From Vicugna vicugna (taxonomy: Eukaryota): DNA of 64,000 nt. The notes under the pieces are model-generated. The model was not told where the DNA came from and made no database searches. It worked only from the letters and a program-made list of their open reading frames with translations. Both the position numbers and the translations under genes were made by a program. The DNA is taken from assembly GCA_013265495.1 (NCBI GenBank), contig MU058844.1, positions 2,397,520-2,461,519 on the forward strand. The letters run 5' to 3'. Shown piece by piece: positions 12,593 to 23,575 of this stretch. Numbering within the stretch: the first letter of the stretch is position 1; each line of letters starts with the position of its first letter.

Positions 12593-12925
12593 AAAAAACT
12601 TTTTTAAATTAAAAAAAAATTTATTGAAGTGCAACATTAATTTCAGGTGTACAGCAAAGCAATTCAGTTATACATATACACACACATACATATTTTTTTC
12701 TTTTCAGATTCTTTTCCATTATATGTTATTACCAGAAATTGAATACAGTTCCCTGTGCTATATAGTAGGTCCTTGTTGTTTATCTATTTTATATATAGTA
12801 ATGTGTATCTGTTAATCCCAAACTCCTAATTTATCCCTCCCTGCTGTTTCTCCTTTGGTAACCATAGTTTGTTTTCTATTGTCTGAGTCTGTTTTTGATT
12901 TGTAAATAGCATTTGTATCATTTTA
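12593..12925 (-). mobile_element. Cetartiodactyl-type L1 3' end (part of a composite insertion)
   Basis: Antisense to 31820-32100 (ttccctgtgctatatag, tttggtaaccatag, gagtctgtttt). Confidence 0.9.
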
Positions 12926-14083
12926 ACTCTCTACTATTTTTGTAACTCTCTGTAAATATAAAATTGTCTCAAAATGAAATATTTAAAATGGCTATGGTTA
13001 TAGAAATATCCAACTTAAATCTAATCTATTTTAAGTAAGCCGAACTATAACATATTTTGTAAAGATTTCTCAATGCACTTTAAGTTGTTGCTGTGATTTT
13101 TTTTGTTTTTATATTCTATCCCTCTTAGGATGTGCAGTTAATGTACTGTTTTAAAGTCAAAGTAATCTTCTTCATGGTCATGCCATTAATTTAATAGACA
13201 TCCAGGGTCAAGTGTTTCTGTTTATTTATTTATTTGGTTGTTTCATTTCTTTCTTTCTTTCTTTTTTTTAAAATCCAAGCCTTTTTCATTGAGTTTTCTA
13301 GAGAATTAGTCTTCCTTCTCTTCCTGGTACAGACAGGGAGACACACTTACAAATGGAGATTTTCCTTACAAATGTAAAAGTTTCCTACAAAAAGTAACTT
13401 CTATTCAGTTTTCTTACCTCCTGTTTAAAAAAAAAAAACACTTCAAAATAACTCTTATGGTAAAGAAGCATATTTTGAGGAGGCATATTCTGCTCCTCTT
13501 CAGGAATCAACATTTCTAATTTAGTTTAAGAACAGAAAACTGTCAAACAGGATTTATCAGGCTAATCAGAAAAGAATCAGAAAAATCACCTGTGCATAGC
13601 AATTTTTCGAGAGAAATTGTCTTGCAAAAGCATCTTTCTTTTTGGTTTGGTACACAGGAGACAAATTTAAATCTTCCTCTGACAATTCTGACTATTCAGT
13701 ATCGCTAGGATTATAAACTAAATAAAAATAAGGAAATGCTGTTTTGTGTTCCATGGCCATATAACATGTCTTGAAATATCTATGGCTCTAACATATTTGA
13801 AGTCTATTGTAAAGGTAGTTAGAAAATTATATAATTTTCCTTCTCTTGGTGAAGTTCACAAACTCAAGGAATGTGCCTTTTGAAGTGACTTTATGTTAAA
13901 TTAATTTTATTTGGTTTAGCACATTAGCAGATGTGCTTTCTATTGGGAGACTGCTTCTTCCTATAAAAGAGGTAATACAAAAAAGTGAAAAGTGTACACA
14001 TTTTAGTGTTGGGATACTTGGGTTCTAGACTCAACTCTAAGTGATGCCTTAATGTTCTATGAAGATTTTAATGTCTACCTTAA

Positions 14084-14521
14084 TGTAAGCATTTAGGGTA
14101 GAGAGATCCCCAGGAGGGGGGTGGGGGGGCAACCAAATATGGGTTTTTAGCCTGAGAAAAGCCAGAAGCACTTTCTTGAACTGTTCCACAGGATTTAAAC
14201 CACCCCCTGGAATGTTCAACCACCAGATCAACTGGAGCCTAAAAAATGAAGATGTTTACCTTTTCTGACCCTCAAGACTTCAGTCAACTAAAGTTTGAAC
14301 TCTATTGACCTTGCTCAAATTCTATGCTGAATTCTTCATGAATATGTATGCAACCTTGGCTTAACATTTCCTCAATTTTATTGTTCAGATAGATATTACT
14401 TTGGAAAAGATCCTTGGTATTCTCCTTACTTGCTGCAAGTAATAAATTCTATCTTCTCCTATTCTGGTTGTGTCTTTTGGCTCAACACACACCAAGAGGC
14501 TAACCCAGTTTTCAGGTAACA
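14084..14521 (+). mobile_element. ERV1-type solo LTR
   Basis: tgtaag...ggtaaca termini; TSD ttaa/ctaa (3 of 4); AATAAA at 14441. Confidence 0.75.
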
Positions 14522-15116
14522 CTAACTCTCCACAAGATATGATAACCTTTATAATTAGGTCAAGCATTCTGATGAACACTCTAATGATCAGGAAGTAAAA
14601 AAAGTCCCCTGCAGTATTAAAGCAGTAGCAACAACTCTGACGGACATGAGCTAAGTTCACGCCTAAGTCAGAATCTGAAGGAAATAAAACGTAGGTACCA
14701 ATTTTCCATCACTTTGCAAATCTCTTATGCCTAAGCCCTCTCTTTCTTGTTCATAAAGGCTATAGCATGTGGGCATTGATGAATTTATGTGTAATCATGA
14801 TCTCCTTTCTTAAAGTATTTCTGCTTTGAGAAGTATTCTTGGGAATGAATCCTTAATGTTTTGAGATACGAAACTGTTCAAAATAGTAATATTGCTGACA
14901 AGCATTTTCAAATTAATAGGTTTGTTCAATGTGTCTTCATTAAGGAGTGATTAACTCCAAAATCAAGTTAAATTTATATCCATACATGTGTCTCAACATG
15001 TATGCATAATAAAATGACTCAGGAAAAGGAAATATACCAAAATATTGGCAAGTGCTGTAATTTGTGGGTTTTAATTTTATTCTTTATTTCTGTGCTTTCC
15101 AGATTTCCTATAAGTA

Positions 15117-15625
15117 CGTAGGGATTCAGAGCAGGCCTCCAGAAGATGTGCCACTTGAGCATGTGGATTATTTTGAGCTAAAAGCAATGGAGACCCTGTG
15201 AGATCAAGAGAAAATACTGTCCCTCAACACACACACACACACCTTTAACTACCTACAAGAATTTAAATTGGGAATTTTCCCAGAAAAATAAATTTATCTA
15301 AGTGGCCCCATCTGTATGGCAGGACAAATGTCAAATTACCAAACATCTTCATTTCTTATTGTCCTGAGAATGACCCTTGTGTCCTTCGAGGCCCCAGGCC
15401 CCCTATCTCATTCCTTAGCTCAGGATGGCATATAGACCTCATTCTACCTTTCTGTCTTTGAACCTCTCATATTTGTGGGGTCTCTGACTCTTTCATGTAT
15501 GTGAAGTTCTTGTACATACAAAATTAAATTTGATTTTCTCCTGTTAATCTGTCTCATGTTAACTTAATTCCTGGACTAGCTAAAGGAATTTAGAAAGGTA
15601 GAGGGAAGTCTTCTTCCTTCCTGGA
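15117..15625 (+). mobile_element. MER34-like ERV1 solo LTR
   Basis: ggattattttgagcta 5' motif; tttgattttctcctgttaatctgtctcatgttaa identical to the 16685 copy; TSD agta/atta (3 of 4). Confidence 0.8.
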
Positions 15626-16419
15626 ATTATCACCTTTATAAGTAGTAAAGACATCTGCTAGACTGGAATTGGATGGCCAGCAGAAAAGAAAGGGTCTGGG
15701 TGCTTCTGTTGGCATGTTTTGATAAATTAATAGGCAGAAAAAAGTCTACTGAGGGTTTCTTTCTTCCCTATTCCTGATTTTGGAAAGATAAATTTTCTAA
15801 AGTTCAAGACAGGAAAATTCTTTCAAGTATAGATAGAAATTATTTCTTGATAAGTAGATATTAAAAATTTTAAAAATAGGTGACTAGTAAACAAGTTTCT
15901 GTTCCTCTTATTGTATTTAGAATATATTTTTGCTTTTAGGGAATCTATTATAAGTATCTTCACATAGTAATATTTGTTTGATGATTCAGTTTTATGACTT
16001 TTTCCAATTCAGATTTTTTCTGTATAATTTCTTTAAATAGAATTACAGAAAAACAGAATAGAAAAAAATATAAAATTTCATTAATGTGTTTCAAAATAAT
16101 GTTAATTTAAAAGCACTAGTGGACTCACTTTCGCTCTAAGGTACACAATGACTGATTCTTTCACTGACTAGGGTTTGCAGTAGCCCTTGAGATTAGACTT
16201 CATTTATCATCCAAGGATTCATTGTAAATGGACTCTTTAAAAATTTTTTTCAGATGGTAAGATGTGGCTCTTGGACAAGCACAAAGATCAAAGGTGTAAA
16301 AAATTATGCAAACTGGATTTTATATCCAAGAATGCCAACTACTTTAAACTTCCAATAATATTAGTTAACAAAATCCTTTAAGAGCATATTTTAGATAACT
16401 GGTTTTTTCCATGTAGCCC

Positions 16420-16482
16420 CTTTCTTTCTCTTTCTCTCTCTCTCTCTCTCTCATTCTCACTCTTTCACGTTCTCTCTCTCTC
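16420..16482 (+). repeat. Interrupted (TC)n microsatellite
   Basis: Read directly from sequence. Confidence 0.9.
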
Positions 16483-16684
16483 ACTTCAAAATCAAGCAAG
16501 CATTTGAAGCAGCTTGAGGTGTAAAAGAGGGTAGTAGAGTTGCCTGGGTTGAAATGGTGGTTGTTTACTCGTCTCCTGGTTTCTGCTGTTTTACCCAAGC
16601 TAGAAATAAGGGGGTCTTCAGAATCATTACGATTTTTCAAAGCCCTTATACCCTAAGATTTATCACAGTTTCCTAATTTCATAC

Positions 16685-17235
16685 TGTAGGGGAGCAAAAC
16701 CTGCTACCTAAGGTATCTCTTTGGCAGGAGGATTAATTTAGGTTGATTATTTTTAAGGCCCCAAAGACTCAGGAAAATCCTTTGAGTTTCCCCCTAGCTG
16801 CCTAAAGAATATGGAACTGTTCCAGGAAGGGAGCATCACCATAGACAACTAGAGCTTGCACCAGGTGTGGTAGACAGGGAGGAACCAAGCAAAGCCTGTC
16901 TGGTAAAATCCCACTTCCTGCCCCATTGTCTCAGCATGGCCCAGCAAACTTTGTTTGCTAAACATTTGCTTTTCCATCTTCATGTGAGTTGTTTTCCTTC
17001 CTCGTGAAGCCCCAAACCACAACTCAAAACACCCTCTTATGTCTTTAGCTGAGGATGGTACTTAAGGTAAGGGTTTCAGCAGTCTTGGTCAGTTATTCAG
17101 TTTTCTTGGGTCTCTCTCATGTATACATGATGTTAAACTTTGATTTTCTCCTGTTAATCTGTCTCATGTTAATTTAATTCTTAGATCAGCCAGGAGAACC
17201 TAGAAGGATAGAGGAAAATTTATTCCTCCCCAACA
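16685..17235 (+). mobile_element. MER34-like ERV1 solo LTR, complete
   Basis: TG...CA termini with perfect 4-bp TSD atac (16681-16684 and 17236-17239). Confidence 0.9.
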
Positions 17236-20200
17236 ATACACATAGTTTCGGTTTTTGTTTTTTTTTTTATTACTTGGGTGATTGGGAGGCAGCAACTGAA
17301 AAAGGGAAGCAGCTGGTCAGGCAGTAACGTCTACTTTGGTCCCAATTCTTAGCTATTTTCCACGACATTCTGATAGACCTCAAAAATGCTACTTTGTATA
17401 TTACCAGCACCTGATAGAATAGGAAACATCTGCAAAATCTCACCCTGTTGCTCTTGCAGAAAATAGACAAAATACAGATTTGTTAATTAAGCGCAAGTTC
17501 CTATTTCAGGAACAGACTTTTGGAACTCTCAGTTAATCTGGCAATTAACAAACTGGGCAGACTATGACTTTTGGCAGAAACTCACAGGCATTGAAGTACA
17601 TTTTTGAAAAATGCAAAAGGTAAGGGGAACTAGTTTTTACCCCGGGAAAGACACATGAAGATATGGGTGGGATATGCTCAGGTATCACTGAATTAAATAT
17701 TGTCATAATTTGAAATTTGGTCCCAAAGTAGAATCTTCTTAGAGCTGTCATTTGACTGGGTTCTCAACAAAAATGACAATAATATAACTACAAACACAAT
17801 CATAACAAAAACACTTTTCTGTCTAAAATCCATGAGACTATTCTGCTTAGCCCATTTGTTCTCATTCTCTACTAGACTGCTGGTAGAATTACATGTAATA
17901 TCCCGAATGATCATTTACTTCATTTAGAAATAAGACTTTTACTGCTTTCTAAAATTTTAAATACTGAAATGACATATAGGTCCTGTAAAAGACCCTTTCC
18001 GGAGGACTCTCTGTGACCTGTAGCATTTGCATAAGTGACATTTCATCTTAACAACCACTGACCCTGACTGTTCCACTCTAAGAAACAGATAATAAGCAGC
18101 ACACTCTCATTTCTTGAACAACAAATGTATATTTCTCTGTGTATATTTTTCCAGATTGGGGTGGCTGAAGAACATTTTTCTTGTTCGTAAGGATAACACT
18201 GGGAAGAAGCTATATTAAAAGTGACATTGATATAAGTACTACTTTTATATGGGCTACTCTTGAAAAACAAAAACTATTGATGTTCTTGTTTGAACACCGA
18301 TTTTACCAAAGGGGAAAAAAAATCCCATTTAATGGTATTGTTATATAAGCTTTATTATTCAAGCCCCAAACCTCCAAATACTAGCCTAACATTGCAGTAA
18401 GTAGTTGAAATTTCTCTTTTCATATTTTCTAATGATCAGCACAGCATATATTCAGAGAGTACTGCAATAAGTGATAAATGTCCACATCGTATTTATTAGT
18501 TTTTTTTTTCATTGAGTGTTGATTCTATTTCTAGTTTTGACTGGTTACAGGGGCCTATTTATTTTTTATATTGATAGTAGATGCTTACTGTTTAAAATCT
18601 TACATAAATCAGCCTTTATTCACATGCAGTTTTGTTTCATAAAACCAGTAATATGCCATCACTTAGACACTGTCAACATTTTTCACATGAAAAAGTGATT
18701 TTACTGCTTTACATCCATGTGCTTATCATTTAGAGAAATAATCTCAGCAATTTCTCTTGAGATTTTATTCACTGAAAAAAGAGGTTTTTAAAAGCTCTGG
18801 ACTTTGTGGCAAAACAATTGGCATTGTCTATTACGCCTGGATAAATGTTTGTACTTTTTAACGGTTTCCTAGCATTCTCTTTTCAAACAATGCCTGTCTC
18901 AAAATCAACATTGCACTCAATGATGTTTCTATTTTTGTTTTCCTTGATCAGTACCAGGGGAAGAAGAATATAATGGGCCCTGCAGAAGGCCTGTTCAGGG
19001 TAATATGGAATCCAAGGGAAAGCTAATCACCTAATGATTCCAAGGCAGTTTAAATTCTTGCTACCCAGTTCACTTCTGTAAACAATCGGTGCCTGATGAG
19101 TGCCTGAAGGGCTAAAACACTGACTGCACATTTCTGCTATATTTACAAGAATAAGGCAGTCCATGTGCACAAAGCATGTGAGACAAGAACTACCCCGTGC
19201 TTCTGTCAGAGCTGGACTTAAAGGACAAGACCAAATGGAACTGAACGTAAAATAGGTTAAAAATATGAGTATATGTGCTAGTTTGATTTTTTTTAAATAT
19301 GAGATATCCAAAAGAAAAATATCCACTTGTGTTGCATGAGAATGTGTTTCGAAATTGAAATATTTTTAAAAAACAGAATGGAAATTTGGAAGTGTTTAAT
19401 ATTTAATTTGAAGGAATTATATATTAAAATAACTCAATTTTTATAAAAACAAGTTTGTACGGGGAAAATCTCAAAGACTGAATAGGAAAGCATTGGAAAG
19501 GAAATACATTCTTATCTAGAAGCACGGTAACTTGGAAGCTGAAAACTCTTCAAAGAAAACAAGTTCTTCATGCAAATTTTGTTTTCTTACTTAAACCTTT
19601 TTCTTAAAGTTTAAAACCTGCATTTGTTGGTTTTCCATTGATATGACACTTCAAAAGAGAAAAATCAGTTTCCTTTTCCTTGAACCAAAATGAAATCCTT
19701 TAACAAAAAGTCTTTTGGTAGTGAGTCACTAGCAATGAATATAGCTCAAAGCCTTGTTTAAAGAAACTCAATAATACCAAAAAGCAGAAGAGAATATGAA
19801 AAGAAAGAAAACCTGTACTAAGTATGATCTAAAAAATTAATTTAAGAAATTCCCCCACACCTTGTTTCTTCCAAAGAAGGTAGTAACAGTTGGGAATCTT
19901 TCACATAGAATTGGCCTCAAGCAGTCCATGAAATACAGAGAATGCAGAGACACAATTGAAGCTGAAATTGTTTCAAAGACCTCAATCTACACTATCCTAA
20001 ATATGGAAATAAAAAACCTTAAAGGTAGAATTAGGAAAGCCTGGCTGTAGAGAGAGAAATGGAATCTCATGTAAATACTCAGACTCAGGACTGAAAACAC
20101 ACTTTATATGATCTAAAGTACTTCACCTTATATACTAAGTAACTCATATCATTGTGGCAAAAATCAGGTATCATTAATGGAATCCCTATTAAAGGGACCT

Positions 20201-20264
20201 CAGATAATACTTTTTTTTAAATTACGTATTTTTTAGTTTACCATTTACCTGCACAGAGGAATTA

Positions 20265-20869
20265 CGTTAGATTGCTAGGCAGTTAGATAGGTGGAATAAC
20301 GAGGCAGGTAAGGTGGAGGAGAGGGAGGATGGGCGAGAGACGGTGACATGCCTGCTTTCAGCCTAAGGGGCTTTACTGCCTCTAAATGAGTGCCAGCATG
20401 AAACCAGTTGGGACCAAATGGCCACGACTGTGCGGTATCAATAAGGATCTAACTGGATATGACCCAATGCTCATTGTAATATAATTAGCATTGTGGCTTA
20501 GGCCCTGTGTGTATCATGGGTAAGGACATGCACAGAAGGGGATGGGCATGACTAAGCACTCCAGGGGCAAGAGCCGTCAATCAAGAGACCCCTCTAAGCA
20601 AGGGTATGAGACAGGAGACTAAGAAAGACTTGGGCTGCCATCCTCTCTTTGATCAGCCCACCTTCTACTCTTGCAGGTGCACTTTCACTTAGCTAATAAG
20701 ATCTTTAAAATCTTTTGCCACACAATGCTTTGTCTCCTGTCTAAAATCTTCTCTTTTGGGCAAGACAAGAATTGAGGCATTATGTTGTACACCAGAAACT
20801 GACACATTTTAACTGCCTATACTTCAATTAAAAAAAACAGAACTGAGGCCTAACTCTTTTGGGGTAACA
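20265..20869 (+). mobile_element. MER41-like ERV1 solo LTR with a nested L1 tail
   Basis: cgttagattgctaggcagttagatagg...ggggtaaca; TSD atta/attg; gctcattgtaatataattagcat motif; locally higher CpG. Confidence 0.8.
20779..20838 (+). mobile_element. Extremely 5'-truncated L1 tail (~60 bp)
   Basis: attatgttgtacaccagaaactgacaca...tatacttcaattaaaaaaaa matches 32061-32105; TSD agaattgaggc/agaactgaggc. Confidence 0.9.
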
Positions 20870-20989
20870 ATTGCACTTCATATAATACTAAAAGCTAAAT
20901 ACTTTATATAAAAGTACCTATGTATGGGCTATAAATAAATATAAACACAATATATTCTTACTCAAAATCATTTCCTCTCACAACACACT

Positions 20990-21142
20990 CACTATATATA
21001 TATGTATATATATACACACACAATGCATTATGCATATGTGCATAAATATACACATTATATATGTATTATATGTTATATGATATATATGCAGTTTATATAA
21101 ATCTATCTAACATACATATTATACATAATATCTACATATATC
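20990..21142 (+). repeat. Low-complexity (TA)/(CA)-rich tract
   Basis: Read directly from sequence. Confidence 0.8.
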
Positions 21143-22129
21143 TTACTAACAGATGCCAACTTTTCTCAGTTTAAGATGCACAAAATGATTTCTTCATACA
21201 ATGGCATGAAGTATGAAGCAGAACTAAGGCATCATGAAAATTCATTAACCTGAGTAGTCAAAAGTTAATATCAAAATTAAGATGTCAAGAGTTCTAAGCT
21301 TAGCACACAAATATATAATTTTTGCAAAGTGAATTCAAGATCTGTTATACCGCACAATCTGACTCCAAGATCTAATCATTTTACTTTGCTTATAAAAAGG
21401 TAAGAAGTAAAGTTTAGGATGGGACTAGGATTATGTTATTAAGTAATTAAAAGTAAAATAATTTTTGCAGTCCTCTAAATCATCAATATGTCCAAAATTC
21501 TCAGTAATAATAATAGCAAACATATGACATTTATCATATGGTCAGGCTATGTTCTAAAAATTTATATTAACTTATTACTTGGCCTGTGAAGTTTTACAGT
21601 GGCATCAATAATAGTTTCCTTTCCTTCCAACCTTGATTGGTACCTGCTGGGAGACAATATAGTATGGTACAGAATTCATCATTATTGAGCAATGCCCTAC
21701 TCTTACTTCCCATGAAAAACAATTCTCAGATACTCCTTATTCATATTGATGTAATATTCTTTAGTTATAATTTTAAATAAATATGGTCAAACATACTAGA
21801 TATAAACTCTTTATGTTTATAGATCTAAGCAAACTATAAAACCAGATTTTCAAGTTAAAAATGAACACATCTATACAATGATTGAAGTTATACTGTTCTT
21901 TCTGTACAATTTTTAAATCTAGTAATTGCTATTTTGACAGGTCCATCAAACTAATAGCGTGCTCCAAAATGTAACCCAGGAAGATTTTAAAGTTACTACC
22001 TAACTAAAAACAACAACAACAACAACAAGAAAAAACTCTTCCTTGAAGCAAATAAAAACACAACACACAATGTGTCTGTGGTAACAAATCACATTCTTAT
22101 TTCATTAAATAAAGAAATAGATATCTTGC

Positions 22130-23230
22130 AGTATTTAAAGGCCTTCCTATCAAGCTTGGAAACCACCACTCAAATGAAACTACTTGTTGAGATTTCCAGG
22201 GACCCTCAAATTTTGAATCCAGTGTGCAGTTGCTAACCTTGATCATATTTAACAACCAGTGGCACCTAACACAGTTGATGACTGCCTTTCTTGAAACATG
22301 GCTTTCTTGGCTTTCAATATACCATACTCTTCCTGCTTTTCCTCTCACCTCTCTTGTAGCTCCTTTTCACCTTCCTTTGTTACCTAATTTCCTTGACTTC
22401 TAAAATTAGAACTCTAGGGCTAAGTTCTATCTATAGTCTTTCCTTTCTATACTCACATTATTCAGAATTTCACTCACTCTTCCTTCACAGTCATACCATC
22501 ATATATGGTCACTGGCTTCTCTTGCTTAGATTGTTGTAATAGCCTCCTAACTGACTCGCTGTTCTTACCCTGGACCTTTACAATCTGTTTCTGACAGTGC
22601 AACCAGAGGTTTTTTCCCCAAGTATTCCACATCACTTTAATCTTCTACTCAGAGTCCATCAATGGCTCCCATCGTATTCAGAATACATGTAAATCTTCAT
22701 GGTGGCCTCAAGATCGCCACCCAATCTGGTCCTATTTCTTCTCTGTCCTACTACTCTCACCTTGCTCAGTCTGCCCCGGCACACTGACTTCTTTACTGGT
22801 CCCTGAACACAGTAGGTACTATGCAGCTCAGGCTATGTAGACTGCTGCTTCCTGGATTTCTCTCTTCCCAGATAATGTCAAGGCTTGCTCTGTTCTTCTT
22901 GATCACCCTAATCAATTCTTGGATTAACTATCACCTTCTTAAGGAGGTCTTCACTGACTACCCTCTTTTAAGTTGTAACCCTATAAGTAAGTTCATGGAT
23001 CTCCTCATCTCCTCCCTATGCTCTGCTTTATTATTTTTTTCACTATCACTTATCACCATTTTACATTCAATGCATTTCTTTTATTTAATATTTATTGTCT
23101 GTCTTCCCTCACCAAAATGCACACTTTGTGAGGCAGGTATTTTTGTGTGCTTAATTTCTCCTCTATCCCCAATGCCTGACAGAGTGACCAGCATATTCTG
23201 ATCAATCAATATTTTAGAAAATAGTAAATA
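22130..23230 (+). mobile_element. L2 LINE 3' portion
   Basis: acacagttgatgactgcctttcttgaaac, aatagcctcctaactg, caatggctcccatc, tgtgaggcaggtatttttgt and a decayed L2 tail. Confidence 0.85.
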
Positions 23231-23345
23231 CAAAATAATTCAAGCCAATTATTGCTTTAACATTAGAAAATGTTGAATTAATGGCAGCCATACATGGTTA
23301 CTCAAGCAGAATCCTCAAGCCTATGAGGATATTCTGTATCTGCAA

Positions 23346-23392
23346 ACTTTTAAGTAGCAGAAACTGCTACTACTTTTAAGTAGCAGAAACTG
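23346..23392 (+). repeat. 21-bp direct duplication overlapping an 8-bp hairpin
   Basis: acttttaagtagcagaaactg at 23346-23366 and 23372-23392. Confidence 0.9.
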
Positions 23393-23409
23393 ACATACTA
23401 CTAAGTTGC

Positions 23410-23575
23410 ATGGCCTTTGGATTTTAAAGACTTGGTTTAAATCCTGGTTCCGATACTTTCTAGCCCCATAACATCTGGTAGTTTACTTATTCACACTAAG
23501 CTTCAATTTCCACATCTGCAAAATGGATACGAAAATTTCATATGGTTGCTATGAGGGCTAAATGAAGCAAATAAT
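23410..23575 (+). mobile_element. MIR SINE
   Basis: gacttggtttaaatcctggttcc...cttcaatttccacatctgcaaaatgg. Confidence 0.8.

Larger units (their letters stand above)
11656..13502 (-). mobile_element. MER34/MER39-like ERV1 solo LTR interrupted by two nested insertions
   Basis: Pieces 11656-11713, 12326-12588 and 13271-13502 join into one LTR; minus strand starts TGAAGAGGAGCAGAATATGCCTCCTCAAAATATGC; similar to 16685-17235. Confidence 0.8.

Noticed and set aside
16254..16256. ttttcag|ATG|gtaaga as a 3-nt microexon
   Set aside because: No supporting upstream UGC enhancer or partner exons; likely coincidence.
15117..17235. Two same-orientation MER34-like LTRs as the ends of one provirus
   Set aside because: The second has its own perfect TSD, the copies differ substantially, and the spacer has no primer-binding site or gag/pol sequence.
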